Positions 26,491 through 40,170 of a stretch of DNA of 64,000 bases are shown here, in pieces. The notes below the pieces were generated by a model. That model was not told the origin of the DNA. It ran no database searches and saw only the letters and a program-made list of their open reading frames with translations. Numbering within the stretch: the first letter of the stretch is position 1; each line of letters starts with the position of its first letter. Source of the DNA: Fimbriosthenelais zetlandica (Eukaryota); contig OZ365112.1 in the NCBI GenBank assembly GCA_977030845.1, positions 10,168,001 to 10,232,000 on the forward strand, given 5' to 3'. A program made the translations under genes and the position numbers.

Positions 26491-28199
26491 TCATACAGGC
26501 CCATGTTATTTCATTGTAGTATAAAACATTCAATTGCACAAAGGTTATGAAAATACCATTGGGAAATATTTGAATGCATTAACCTCCAAGGTTAATTATA
26601 GGCTATAACAGTAATACTTTTACAACCTATATACCACCCAATAGTAATTTGTCATATACTGGGCATATATATACTGGGCATATACTATAGAATCTATTAC
26701 CTGTTATATGGAACCCATAGCCTAAGCTGACCAACTGAATTATTCCATCTCAATAAGGTATGTATTATGGATGTGTGGGTGTGGTCGAGGACATGTCTAG
26801 CTACATACTTTTGTTTCATGCTGCAACCCTGGGAAATGTCAAACGTGCAAACACACTAACGCCCAGTTCACATAGACTGCGGGCATCTCAAGAATCCATG
26901 AAGTATCCCCTATCACCCAGTCCTATCATATCATATTCATCTAAGCTTACATTGCCCCAGCAGGCAAACAACCATATTGATCGGCAATTCATTGATATTG
27001 CATTATCTCCTGTCGTATTTATCTCAGAGCTAATAATTAAATGTTAATTGCTCTGTTGTGTTTGTGGTAAATAGAAACGATCATTGCCGAACAAGCAATA
27101 TTTTCCTAATATTGGTTCTTCATGTAAGAAGCCTTGATGGGCTGAGTCTATATAGGCTGGGTTAGGGAGAAATTAAGGCAGCGGATTCATGCCTAGATTC
27201 TGACCCAATGTGGGTTAAAGGCACAGCCTTGGGAGGAAAAAAAATCAATGTTAATCCAGATAGATTATCAAGGTGAGAGGAAGGGGGAACCTGCTTTTCC
27301 CTTTCAGTGTTGAGTAAATGGCAGCAGTTGGAGAGGCTGATGTATGGAGGAGAGATGGAGGTAAAAAATTTAGGTCCAGTAGACTCAGTATATCAGTACT
27401 GCTATCTATGCTAACATATCTACATGTACACTACCCACCCTGCGTGTTTTGGTCAATTACCTCTAACGTTACCAGAAATTACATTGGAAGTCCTGGTCTT
27501 AACTTTCATTATATAAATTTACATGGATAGAGGAAATGCTCGTGTAATTGCGCCGAAAATCTCAGTTGAAATTTGTGGGTTAAAAAACCGAGTAAAATGC
27601 GAATGGTCATCATATTAGGCATATAAATGAACAGAGTTACATGTAATATGGAGAAATAGAGAGTTAGAGAAGATTGAAACGAGCTATCTCATGGAGCAAT
27701 TCCAAGAGCAAACCGGAGCAAGTTTGGTGGCCAAAAACTAGGTTGCCAACCAGCTGTCAGTTGCGAGAGAAGCTCTGGAGGCACTCCCATATCAACAGCT
27801 TAGCTTAGGCATGTAACAGTTCACTATCAGGATGGCTTAAAATCAATGCTAGAAAGACCTGACGCTAATGCTACTCACGGGGTGCAAATTAGAAGGGGCT
27901 TCTGCTAGTCTATAATATTACAACCTCTAGGTTCAGAGTCTAAAGCAGTCCTGTCTTCAATCAACAGTTCAAACACAAACAAGGATTATAATCTCTGATC
28001 TGGAAATGAAGGATTTTACTTGAATTGTATGAATATGCCAATTATAAAATATAAAATCGTACATTCAAATTGCCCTTTTGTGGATGGGGTGACCAATAAG
28101 TCATCCTATGAGCCAGACAGAGCAGCCAATGGCCGTTGAACGGCACAAGACCGTGGCGACAGGAAAGACTAATTTTAAGGAGCAACCTCTTTTGTCTCA

Positions 28200-28600
28200 T
28201 CCCTGCAAACACTCATCATCTGTCTCTTTATATGCAGCTTTAAAGAAAACCTAATTTGTCCACGAGGGAATTAAAGATGCAATACAAGGAAGAGGAGAAT
28301 TCACAGGCAATGGATCGGTGGAGGCCCGAGCTGGGGATGAGACTGTTTTTTGATGGCCCACAAGGCTCCGGGGTGTGTGATGGAAAATTACAAAATGATC
28401 CCCCCAGGTCTTTGATTTCCAACTGATATTATTCCATTGCCATCGATCTCGAGTATAAGAAACCTTCACGTCTATTGATCGCTAATTTGCAGAAGGGACG
28501 AGTGGTTTTTAAATGGATTCTCGCTCGGCCTTTTTCCTTTCGAACCGTTGACCCTGGGAGGAGAAAGTGCCAAGCAAGCAAACGGTGGATATTATGGCCG
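28200..28600 (-). mobile_element. Decayed Ngaro-like RT relic
   Basis: VRKEKGRARIHL (VPKKEPGKFRLIHHL), DLGGSFCNFPSHTPE (DIKSAFRLIPIHPE), EFSSSLYCI (FS.ALEWI). Confidence 0.6.
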
Positions 28601-28699
28601 CCTCCGCTTGAGAAAGATATCAAAATCTAATTAAATTTCCAGGCAATGGACCTTTGTATCGGAATGTCAGTCTTAAATTGGATTTCTCCACAATGAACT

Positions 28700-28840
28700 A
28701 CTCTCTTCTCCCTCTCTTCCTCCCCTTTCTCTCTCTCTCCTGATCTGTTTCCCATCGCTCCCGTTTTCCCCTCTCCTCTCTCACCATCTCCTCCTCCCTA
28801 CCTAGTTCCATTGTCCCATTTACTCCCTCGTCCCTGGCTC
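28700..28840. repeat. CT-rich low-complexity tract
   Basis: Degenerate (CT)n/(CCT)n run. Confidence 0.85.
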
Positions 28841-29699
28841 CACCATATCTGTGGATGGCTATATTAAATTATATATCCAAGCATTGGGCCACTTGAGCAG
28901 ACTCCTGGCTTTGTGAAAGCAATCAAGTCTATACATGAAGATGGCATGTTGATAATAACCGACATACCCGCCCTGACCTTCTCAGCATGGCCATTCATGG
29001 TCACATAATAACGATGGGGTGATAAAGTATTTTATCTTTAGATGCTTATTCACACTCTCACATTTCCAGGAATGCAATAAAATGTTGGCATAAAAGAGCT
29101 TTTCGTTTATGACAGTCATTCGAACTGCAGGTCCATTGGGGCCTTGAGAGAGGAGCTATAGTCTAGATATTAGAATATTATGGTGGAGGGATTTGGGGGA
29201 CCATTTAGCGTTAAAGACTCCCTTCCTTCTGCAATGCGGGAGGACGAACTGGAGACCTATGGGACTAATAGATATACCTAATGCATCATCAATGCTTGTA
29301 TTCAGACACTGTTTTCCATGAATTTTAATACAGTATAGAGTATAAAAGAACATATATATAGTATCTTCCATGAATCTCATTAAGTCCTATAATTCATATA
29401 ACATATGCCCACAACCGTATTTTACGGTCGAAAATGAAGATTTCAAAATGTGAAAATTGGAGTAGTTTCCTATTTAATCCATGCACTAAGTGAAATAACA
29501 AGTGAAATAACAAGATTCAAACAGGATGGAGACACTGATAACCAGCTGTTTGCTACAGTTGTAACTTCGCTTACTTTAGATCCCCGGGAATATTCACTAC
29601 CAGGTCGAATTAAACGCGTGTGCATCCAATTTCATTGCGGGCCTCCGTGTCATTGGGTTTGGTCATAAATTGGTGTATAAATGTGGCAGAACCAGAAAT

Positions 29700-29800
29700 C
29701 TACCCGCCAGGCAAGGCTGGGCAGAGTCCATCAATATGCAAGCAGAGATGATAGAATGTTTTTTCCATGGAGACAAACAATCAGAAAATGGTCAGGATTG
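29700..29800 (+). mobile_element. Possible short RNase H fragment
   Basis: Single motif FFHGDKQS (LFHCDNQA). Confidence 0.3.
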
Positions 29801-30109
29801 CAGACAAAAATATAAATTCAAAATGCCCATTTGTACACAGGGGTTCTGTGTATGTAACAAGGTCTTTTAATGAATTGTATTTTGTTAGGCCTGCACGTTG
29901 CCATCATATTGTATGCTTTAAATGAGGGAATTAAAGTGTCTAGCTTGTACACTTTGAAAGACATTAAGCACATACTAAACAGGTTGTTTTCTGTCTTGTG
30001 GACTCATTTTCTCGGAGGAACTAGCAAGCGCAGCAATTTAAATCGCCGTCCAAATTAAGACGGGACATGAAGATTACATGGGCCTTTGTAGTCCACTGAA
30101 GCTTTAATG

Positions 30110-30280
30110 GCTCCACTTCCGGTTCCATCCCCCCTCGGCGCATGCGTGTTGAATCGCAAAGAAGGGTAACAAGTATCTAATAGAACTTGAAGCCGAGGCC
30201 TATCTCCCTACAGCGACACGCACTCATCCATATGGGTCCCGATTCACCTGCCACTGGGTCGCCATAGCAACCGCGGTTAT
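30110..30280. promoter_or_regulatory. CpG-rich patch with ETS, NRF1 and RFX X-box motifs
   Basis: ACTTCCGG 30115-30122; GCGCATGCG 30138-30146; GTCGCCATAGCAAC 30258-30271 fits GTNRCC-N2-RGYAAC. Confidence 0.4.
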
Positions 30281-31069
30281 TCCTGGAATCATTTTCAAAA
30301 TTTTAAATTTTACACATGTTTGAACACATGAGGTTAGTGACAGGCTGAAACTATTCAAATTTCGGGAGTATTATGAAGAACAGTATCGACTGCTTCATGT
30401 GGTCTTGAGATTTAGAGAGTTGGTCATGTCCATAAGGGCGTGTAATCAAGACTTGATTAACACATTAATATAAGCTTCTACTCATAATTGACCCATTAAT
30501 ATAGAGTCATTTTTTATTTATGGCTTGCACTTATGCCTAAATGATTCACATGCTACTATGTATGCCTCATCAAGGTATATGACCGCCCCATTTTGTTTCT
30601 CCTTATCATGTGTGAAATGTTCTAAATGCCTGATACTACTAAAATACCTAATACCATTCTGGTTTTCCGGCATTTTAAGAATAAATGAACACATATACTT
30701 TCGGTATAAATGTTTCTCTTATAGAAAACAACCGGGCAACCGTTTGGGTAGAAGTATCCAGTCTGATACCAAGGAAACGAGGCATACAGTGTTAGTTTCC
30801 TCTCTATGATAACTTTACATTGTTGCCTTGCAGTCACTCATCTTTATGAGAAGCTAGCTTTTTATGTTTTCCTCATCATTTGGTTGTTTATTTCCCCCTG
30901 TGGATTCTTGCCATTGAAGCACATTCTGATCTTTAAATAAGACGCTTGTCTACAACAAGGACTGAATGGTAAATCCGTCTGGTTGTAGGTTTGTAGACAT
31001 AGTGACCGTTAAGGAATCCCATTCATGTTTGTTTCACTAAAGCCACCTTTCCCCACCTGGCATTCCACC

Positions 31070-31255
31070 ATCCTATCTACCTCCAAAGCTCCTCCTACCC
31101 TGCCAGCAACAGCAACCCTTCCCTCCTCTCCCCTCCCTTTCCCCATGCCTCCTTCCTTCCTTCAGCTCTCTTATCCCTCCCTTTTCCTCCCCTCCCGACC
31201 ACGTCCTCGTCCCTCCTGTCTCTTCTTCCCTCGCCTTTTCCTCCCCTCTCCACTA
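31070..31255. repeat. CT-rich low-complexity tract
   Basis: Long degenerate C/T run. Confidence 0.85.
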
Positions 31256-31849
31256 TTAGTGGGTGTTAAACAAATCTATGAAGGTACTAAATATTACTCA
31301 TGCAAACAAAGATTAACCCATGAAAAGAATAGTGGTATTGAGGATGTTGTCAAACCACAAATACACATCCTGAGGTTTATGAACATCGTGGAGGAGGGAG
31401 GGATATAGTGTGAATTGTATGGGGAACCAACCATGTGTTTAATTGTTTGAGGATGGGGTGGAGGATAATCCAACTATATATGGTAAGGATTAGCCATATG
31501 CCAGTCATAGATGACAGATCCCGTGGGCTGATGTGTGGCTTAGGTCAGGTAACCAAATTTGGAAAATGTTTTCCCAATTTATTTATAAAATTAATTTTAA
31601 AATCGCGAAAATGAAAAGCAAGCTATGACAAAATCGTAACTGTTGTTGATACTGCGCTAAAATTAACATTTTATTAGGCTCCAGGTGGTTTATGATGGCA
31701 ATACGGTACCACGCACTTGGCTATCCATGCTCATGCCATGGACCTATATAGAACCAACATAGAAACCAACATATAGAACCTACAGACGGCCAAAAGGGTC
31801 ATAGATAGATCTTCCTTGTAGTTAGATCTAGAGATCTAGACTTGGAAAA

Positions 31850-32330
31850 GGCCATTCCAACTAGAGTCTGTAATTCAGTTGGTGTATTATTAGCTAAAAG
31901 CACCTTGTATTGCACCCGCACCATGATATCCTGATGGCCTTGGACATGATCTGGAAACATCAAAACAGCCGCGAACATGTGAACACTCCATAGCGCCACT
32001 ACTGGATCATAAAGGGAAAACACCGAAAGGAATAAGAACAATCAGTTCACTCATATTGATGGAATATTTTTTATTCCACCTGCCCTTTTAGTTTGATCAT
32101 CCGGTCCCTGTGAAGCAGGGTGGGTCTTGTTTGGTTAACATATTAACCCTGGGTGATGTACAGCAAAATGGCCCGGGCTCATGTCATATTGGTGAGCAAA
32201 TATGTAGAAGTTTGAATGGACTTAGTCCTGTCTGACATCGTCAAGTGTCAATAAAGGGCCTCACCTGGTACATAATGTGGTATTGTCGGGTAGGATGAAG
32301 GGCACCTCGTAAAGGTGAATGAATGCTGTA
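31850..32330 (-). mobile_element. Decayed Ngaro-like RT relic
   Basis: FIDT*RCQTGLSPF (YVDTCLPFGLRSAPF) at about 32250, then TPTELQTLVG (T.KELQSLIG) at about 31885-31856. Confidence 0.55.
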
Positions 32331-32819
32331 ACTTGTGCACACTCATCACACCCCTACGTGTTCTAAGATCCAGTTCAAACCAAGGCAGGCACGGAACATG
32401 ATATATAGTTATAAGGTATAGGCACTTATATTATGGTCTCATGCCTGATTCCTTGGCTGATATATTTCTATTCATATATAGATATGATACCACTCCTTCC
32501 TTCAGGGCAACTATAGAAAGTTCCAGTGCATTATGTAATAGCACATAAGTTGTTTATTCATAATGGAAACTGAGACATTCCCGAGTATACTACCCTTGCA
32601 ATGTTGCATTATGATTTCATATGATATAAGTATAATGAATTTATAATTATACGAAATTCAATTGGATTAGTTTCGTGCAATAGCTTTTGTATAGATATTA
32701 TCAAGCCATATAGGTTAGACATTAGAACCTAGATGAGCGCTTAAGTTTAAACTATCATTGATTGGTTCGCATTGATCCAGATCTCCATTGAACCTATACT
32801 TTATCCTTAATTATGATTT

Positions 32820-32960
32820 GCTGTATCACTCACGCAGTGTTAATAGTACAGGTATGTACATAGTTCTACGGCCTGATTACGCCATAGACTTGGTCTACTT
32901 GTTCTCTGAAAAAGTCCATGTATTATGTCTTAATGTTGCTTCATGGTTACCTAACCAAGC
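32820..32960 (+). mobile_element. Decayed Ngaro-like RT fragment
   Basis: RSVNS (SSVND), DYAIDLV (DDAIELI) and LNVAS (IDIKS) with the recalled 19-residue D-to-D spacing. Confidence 0.5.
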
Positions 32961-33169
32961 AAGCATATAACACATATATATCTATACATCAAGTAAATTG
33001 AGCCAAAGTTTCGTATATCTCGTATATATAATGGAGCCTATTACTTATGGTTAAGATGTACAACATAGCAGTATACCAATTGACAGTGTGACATTTGGAT
33101 ACTTGCAGGTGGGGTTTTCTAAGTCGGTGGCCTTAACAATTTAACCCAGAATAACCTTGAACTTAGCAT

Positions 33170-33400
33170 TCTTAGAATGAGGAATTGCTTACGTGGTATT
33201 GGTGCAAGCCATCAGACAATGTCATTTGGCTTGTCAATTTCCGTGTGAAATTTCTTGGCAGTTCCAAAGAGAGCAGAACGATTAAACCTTTGACTATATC
33301 TAGATTTGCCTTAAAAAATGGACTGAATCTTGAGGTATATGACAAGGATTTTATGGCAAGTAATGGAATATAAGGACTATGCCATATAGCTAGGTATGTG
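33170..33400 (-). mobile_element. Possible Ngaro-like RT fragment
   Basis: AIKSLS (LIKSLG), ANLDIVKG (AKIDIKSA), TLSDGL (CLPFGL). Confidence 0.35.
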
Positions 33401-33579
33401 TTGTAAGGATAGCAAGGTGCAGCTCGTGATTCCACTGTCCCTTCCCTTTCCTCCATCTTTAAATTTTCAGGCCCGGCCTTTGGCATCTGTCTTCTAGTCA
33501 GTTCTAGACATCAATACTTGATGCTTGCTATTCTCTCAGCCTGAGATGGCCTGTTTATGTTACCACAGTAAAAAAATCT

Positions 33580-33820
33580 CAGGGGAGGATCCTGGTCTGG
33601 CGCAATGGTGGGGAAAGAGGGGGGGAGTGGGGTGTCCCCCCCCCCCTACAGACATATTTCAGAGTGGAAATTTTGGCCACCAATCCAACACCAGCCCTTC
33701 TTTCCTGCATGAACTTTTCCTCTTAAAGCATTTGTTTGAAAAATATTCCAGGGCGATTCCAACATCCAAAGTCCAAAGATCCACCCCCCCCCCCCCCCCC
33801 CCGCCCCCTCCCCCCCCCCC
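33580..33820. mobile_element. Degraded MITE-like element with G/C-run ends
   Basis: caggggaggatc (33580) vs gatccacccccc (33778) is a 9/12 inverted match; poly-G/poly-C near the ends, poly-C 33784-33819. No TSD identified. Confidence 0.35.
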
Positions 33821-35249
33821 GACATGAGCTGCCGGCATTTTATGGCGAACACTCATCAATATTAAGGCTCATTAATCAACCATCAACCCTTTATGATTCT
33901 ATACTGAAAACAGAATGAAAACACAGTCCATTGATTCTCTGCATGGGATCATAAAGAAGAATGCGTTCAATATAGTTTTCATCCATATCTGACATTGCCT
34001 TTCATCGACTTGTTCAATGGAAATGGGGTCACCACATGATGGGATGAAACATGTTTATGTCACCAGCTTTGGGAAAATTCATCACGTTGAAAAGATAAAC
34101 TATTAGGTTACTGGGATCCTACCACCCGCCTAATAATTATTCGGTCCACGATCTGAATAATTCAGCAGATTATGATATTTCAAAATATGAAAGTAAAATG
34201 TAAACACATGTCTAACATATATATACCTTGAGTTTAGATGACATTTTTGTGGATGCTTCCATGAGCACAGGGATAGTATTATGCTCCCAAACAAAGCAGT
34301 CACATTTTTTTTGTAGATTTCGTGACACATACTCTATTGCATGTATTAACTCTACGGTAGTTTTGTAAGGATTATTTTAAGTTATACTTATACAAATCTA
34401 TGCCTTGGGGGCACCAATGATTCAGCAAGGAATTAGGGTCATAGTGGGTAGGGATCATCATGCATGGGCTGACCACGTGAACCCCGAATGGCTGCTTCAA
34501 AACCCCAACCCATTTTGGATAAAATCACTATAGAAAATCATCCAGATGGAAGGGCCGAGTTGGGTATCTTCTCTGGTAAGTTGGTAAACAATGCTGTTTA
34601 CCAATAGAGCTAACCAGATAGGATTTTTAATCCCCAGCTGTTTCTGCTTCCTGAAAAGGTCTAAGTTTATTTTCCTGAGCCAGATGCGCCTGACTGATTT
34701 TCTATTAATACATGCTTTATGACAAAGGTACACTTGCACGATGGGTGTATAATCAAAAAGAAAATAATACCAGGTTCACCAAACAGGAAAAATATCCTAT
34801 TGCTTGGGAGAACGCCAATATAAATCTCTAAGAGCTACATCCATACAAGGATAGTTTTTGAGAGGTCAGAATTCAGGACGTTTCCAATTCCACCACACCC
34901 AGCTTTTACATTGCAATTTAGAATGTAATAACAATCCAAAAATGTAATGGAACTCATGCATGACGACTGCACTCGACATTAAGTTTTTTGGTCCATTTAT
35001 AAAGTGAGATGACCACTTAGCAGATACTTGTTCTTTCTCACGAAATAAAGTTTAATACACCAGGATATTGTGTTGTATTGCTTTTGTGGTGATTTCTATT
35101 TAGAATGTCTCCACCATGATGATTTGGTGAGGTGGTAAACTAGAGGTCTATACGATTTATTACAGAGTGCACTGAGAACACATGTCCCCCATCCTCATTC
35201 TCTACGTGTACTAAACCTGCCCCAATTTCCTAGATGCTTATTATCTCAA

Positions 35250-35560
35250 TTTATTCCAGGCAGTGGCCAGGGAAAAGCAAACATCCCCGTTTTCAGAGTC
35301 CATCCATCCACCTCAAGCCATGATTTCTCTCCCCTTCCCAAAGGCGCTAATGTCATGATTAATGGGACAAAAGAAATTGAAAGATCTTGGCGATCCTTCT
35401 CCCGCCCTGCTGCCTTTACTCGGGGAGAGATCAAAGAATGCGGGAGAGGCAGGCATGGCGTGGCTTGTCTATGGTGGGACTGGGGCTGAGATAGCCCAAT
35501 AATCATCAATCTAGATTCACTAATCTCTCCTGGCATTTTGACTCCCTGGAGACAAGGTGC
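35250..35560 (-). mobile_element. Decayed Ngaro-like RT relic
   Basis: KMPGE...RLMIIGLSQP (KEPGKFRLIHHLSYP) then PLGRG...EVD (KLGRGALMAKID) in ORF 35246-35653. Confidence 0.55.
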
Positions 35561-37431
35561 GCTGGCTTCCTCTCCCTCCCTATCCATACATCCCTCCACG
35601 GCGCCATCTCCCTCAACAGCCAACATTGCCTTCAACTTAAGCACCTTGGACATCTTACTAAATTCTCTGCCAGTTAATTAATGTGGAATAGTTTAAAGAG
35701 GCAATTATATAACGCATCAGATAATCATTGAGAAAAATGTTAATTGTCGTGTATTAGTTCGTGATAGTATGAATCCATATATTTTTACGTAATTATGACA
35801 TGCAAAGATGGAAAGAGATACACCTTCTCTGAACCAAGGTAACTAGGCCTGGGCTAAGTACCAACATCTGATTAGGCCACATAAGTAAGAACCCTTTTCT
35901 ACTGGATCCTAAAAGCTAAAAGGATAAATACCTAAGCTTCGTAAGCATTCCTGGAAATGCATTGTTAGTGAGAAACAAGAATAGATCTGAAAACAAAAAA
36001 TCGGGACGAAGTGACCTAAATATACCCCCCTTTTTTTAGACTGACCACTTGCGGGTTTTATAATAAACCCCTTGGGAAGGCAGTGACCCGTAGCTGTCCT
36101 TGAGGTGTTACGACCTTTATTTTCAGACCTATATAACAACCAGTGCATATCCTAAACCTATTTCAATCCATATGCAAATTGAGAAAAATGTCCTAAATTC
36201 CAAATGCCAATAGTTGTCTGGACTTGATTAGTTTAAGAATATATTTGGAAAATCTAAATTTTATTATACTATACCAGTTGTCTAACCATTCTATAGATGA
36301 AACCTGCGAATTTTGTTGACAAAATAAAAAAGGGTCAACAAATTTCTGTTTGAAACCGATAAATTTAGAATGCAGATAACAATTGTTTATCTTATTTTAA
36401 ATGCAGTAATTCTATGTTTCAGGATGGACTGACGTTCTACTTGTATTGGTTGGAAAGAATCATAGAAAATTAAAGAACTACATGACAGCCCAGATGGATG
36501 GAGAGTGGTTAATAGAAGGTATTATCTAATTACTGGTAGGCACGACCTACAGTACCATAATGGATCTACCATCTTTATGTATACACAGGTGAGTCCATGC
36601 ATGTGTGCATTGTCTATACACAATGTAAGCATGTGTTATGTATAACGTATTAAGTCTCCAGGGTCAAGAATATGTCACTGTATATGATCTATCCACCTGT
36701 TCATATTACGTCATAGAAACGGGTGCACAATCTACGTCACAGGTCTTCCCCATTAATGGTCTATTGTGGACGTAATTGATTAAGGTCCACCTGTCTCATT
36801 TGATAGGCCATTATAAAACCATAGGCTAATGAATTGTTGCACAATATCTCTTTTTGATTAACCCATACAATAGCAATATATTAGTAGTGAGTATAATAAA
36901 AAAAAAAGTGAATATTTGAAAACGCATCTATGTTTAATCAGGAGGTGTGACAGAACTATACAGAACTAGCAAGCCATATCAAGTCCTATATATGTCAGAT
37001 TTTCATATGTCTTTGGTTACCATCCTTTTTTGCCATATCAAAATTGCAATGCAACTGAAATAACACAGAATGCCTGAAATTCAATTGGCCTATAATATAC
37101 CAAATTCATATGAACAGGGGTTTAAAAAATCGTATGTTATAGGTATAGTATATAAGTGCCTTTGGCCAGCCTCCTGTTATAATTCCCTTTGCACTATCAG
37201 CATGTTCTGCAGACCTTGCGTATCCCACAAAATCATTAATCTCAATTAGTACAAGCCCGCTGTATTCGATACCTCCGACGCCATACACACGATCCAACGA
37301 ATATATTTTTACCCAAAATTGATCACTCTTAAAATTAACAGTCCCCAGATAAAAAAAAACTCGTCCTGCATGTAATTGATTTCTGCCTGGCACCACATTT
37401 AAAATTATCAATCTGGTCGACAGCTATAGAG

Positions 37432-37603
37432 TACCGTATTGACTCCAGTAAACATCTAATGTTTAAGATTCTCTTCAAAGCCCGGGCTTCTGAAGGAATA
37501 TTTTGCATTGCTTTACCTTCGTGATTATTTTATCAAATAATGCTATCAATAAATAGCTTGGAAGCATATTAGGGGTAGGACTTATAAATGGATAAATACG
37601 GTA
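37432..37603. mobile_element. Degraded Tc1/mariner (pogo/Tigger-like) MITE candidate
   Basis: Ends TA-CCGTATT...AATACGG-TA (9 bp perfect inverted match including TA); the match decays further in. Confidence 0.4.
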
Positions 37604-38899
37604 GTATCTGTTCGGACACTGGTATAGAGTAGCCATAAACGCCCTAGTCGGCAAATGTCAAACCAGTGATGATGTTATATTAGTGATAAAAAATAACAAG
37701 CGGTACCCTGCTGTTGGGGGAGTGGCGGTGGGTGGGTGGGTGGTGGGAGTGGTGGTGTTGGATACAAACATTTGATGCCGAGTCTGTCACAATGCTCAGG
37801 CAGTGTTTGTCGTGTTGCTATCAACCAGCTTTTATTTTTCATCAGTCTTGATCGAAGCTGGGCAATGGTCCAAAATATGACATTTAACGCGGATTAACAC
37901 AAACAGCACGCCTCTCCACCAAAGCCCACTTTGATCTCTCCCTCTCTATCTCACCGCCTTCAACTTATCTTTTCTTTTTTTAAATTAAAGTCGTCTGTAG
38001 GGTGGGTGTATTGGCTGATACTTCATGAGTAAAAGTGAAAAAAAAACCATCTAGTTGATGGATTGAAGCTGAGGAATATCGGGATATCATTTAAATGAAA
38101 TGTTTTGTATTTTCATTGATTTGAATTAAAACAGAACCAGTATCTCTTGAGCCCAGGAATGATATTGTCCATGGATAGAGATGATTTAGTAAATTGGCCA
38201 AAGGATCAAAAGTGCAAAATATAATTATGCCCACCATGATATCCAATTTGAATGTAAAGAATATACATAGACAGGGAACTGAAGCATTGATAGCATTGAA
38301 TTGAGCCATGTATAAGGCAGTTGTCTCAGAGGTAGTGACCACACCCTGCTTAATATATAGAATTAACTATAGAGCAAGAGACTTATTGTTACTGGGTTTT
38401 TTTACCTCCAGCTATATTACCAGGCAACGATATTGCCTAAAAACATTCACATATCAGATCTATTAAATGTGAATGAATAAAACCATTGGCAGGACTGTCC
38501 GATATCTGGGCAAAGCATCGCAGATATTGCTAATTTGTCTGATGCTCGAAGCAGTCAAAAAATGGCAGTATAAAAATTGGCTTCTCGTATTTCAGTGGCC
38601 TTGATCTTGCCTGACAAGTCGAGTAGGCTAGTCAGAATTCCAACATTTCTGCTTCAATGCCTTTGCTAATCTTATGAGCCACAAGGTGGTAGATATATTT
38701 TGCTCATCAATTATGAATCGTATGGAAACACTTGGAAGTTTTAGGGCCTTGCATCTGGACTGATTTATGACTGATCCACAGGATGAAAACTAGCTCGTCC
38801 TTGACCCTTTGACCTTCAACTCCATCACTTTCGGGGGACCACATTGGATAGGTCCTGCACTTCCGGTCTCCATGGCAAGGGACTATAGAGAGTCGCTGG

Positions 38900-39070
38900 A
38901 CCAATCAGGTGACAGCATTGCCGTGAGTGCGGGGCTTGTGTAGCGCAAACCGGAAGTGGGCGGGCGACAGTGAAGGATGCTGGGAGGAGCCGTTTGCCTA
39001 TTACACCTGTGACTTCCTGCATTTCGCTGCAAGCTGGTCGCCGATTGTCGCCCGTCTCGATGCATGCACG
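38900..39070. promoter_or_regulatory. CpG-rich patch with CCAAT, ETS and GC boxes
   Basis: CCAATCAG 38901-38908, CCGGAAGT 38950-38957, GGGCGGGCG 38958-38966; many CpGs against a CpG-poor background. Confidence 0.35.
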
Positions 39071-39859
39071 AAATTAGCTTGCAACAATGGGTGTGAGTGG
39101 GAGTGAGTTCCTGAAAGGGTCACGCAAGGCAAGGGAGCCTCTAGGGATAGCTTAGAATATGAGGAGTTCAAAGGGCTGCTTCCAATTACCAAGCCCTGCT
39201 TGATAATCGTTATAGCTAGTGACTGCATTAAAGCGATACCTCTATGAATACTGAACACTATGCACAATCCCGGGGGTGCATTCTGGTGGCATAAACAAAA
39301 CATAAACCAAACAAAATGCTTATTTCTCTAATAAGAATGGGCAATGCATTTGTAATCTTGCATAAAGATTCAAAGCTTTAATTGTAAATTTAAATAAATT
39401 AAGATCCAAAATAATCACAAACCCTGCTGTTTCAATATTAGAATAATGTGATAATAGGATGGAAATGTTCCATTCTGTGTGTTGTTTACACGCCTCAACC
39501 TTTCTAGGCATTACTTGAAGCAGGGATTCTCATGGATATACTCTGATCTAGAGCCGGCCGGCATGTATTAAGTCTATAGCGGGGAGAGAGTTTTCTAGAA
39601 GACAAGTCTCACCCAGGCTGGAGCCTGAGAGGGGTGGGCGCATAGCTTGATGCCATTATATACTTTAGAAGTGGATCCCCTGCATTAAAGATGGAGGCAG
39701 AGTGTGTGGTGTGGGATCGACCTGTACTTCTGGAATGAAGTATTAATGAGTGGGCACCGCATTATGGCTCGGCTCTCCTCTGATAGCCTTGATGGGCTCT
39801 ACCTCCTCTCAAAGGCACGATTCATTATACTCCCCTCACCAGCTACACCATCTTACCAT

Positions 39860-40170
39860 GTATCTGCTTTCTCCTCTTTCTATCCCCCATATTTCTTTCT
39901 CTCTGTTCGTTCCTCCTGTTATTTCTTCAATTTATAATCTCAACCCCCCTCTTTCTCTTTCCCTTCCCCATTCTGTTCTTTCTCTTTTCTAATCTCAGCA
40001 TCTGCATCTCACTCCCCCTCTCTCTCCCCCCTCTCTGTCTCCCTCTCGGTCTCCCTCTCACCTCTCCATCTATCCCCTCTTCCTGCATCCCTGTCTTGTC
40101 TCTGTTTATCTGTCTCTCTCTTCATCTCTGTCACCTTCTTCTCTGTTCCTTCTCTCTCTCCTTTCTCCCT
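39860..40170. repeat. Long CT-rich tract (about 300 bp)
   Basis: Degenerate (CT)n, almost purine-free on the + strand. Confidence 0.9.

Larger units (their letters stand above)
37110..39250 (-). mobile_element. Decayed Ngaro-like RT-RNase H relic
   Basis: IIKQGLVIG (FL..GF..G), LIGP..SPL, LSIVP.....KCR.....SPE (LGLVPKKEPGKFRLIHHLSYPE; about 38895-38830), ISFLG (ITFLG; about 38165), VVPGR, and HADS..GGWP, in order. Confidence 0.55.

Noticed and set aside
36423-36588. Resemblance to an ADAMTS/papilin spacer domain
   Set aside because: Only appears if two frames are joined by a frameshift; each real frame has a stop.
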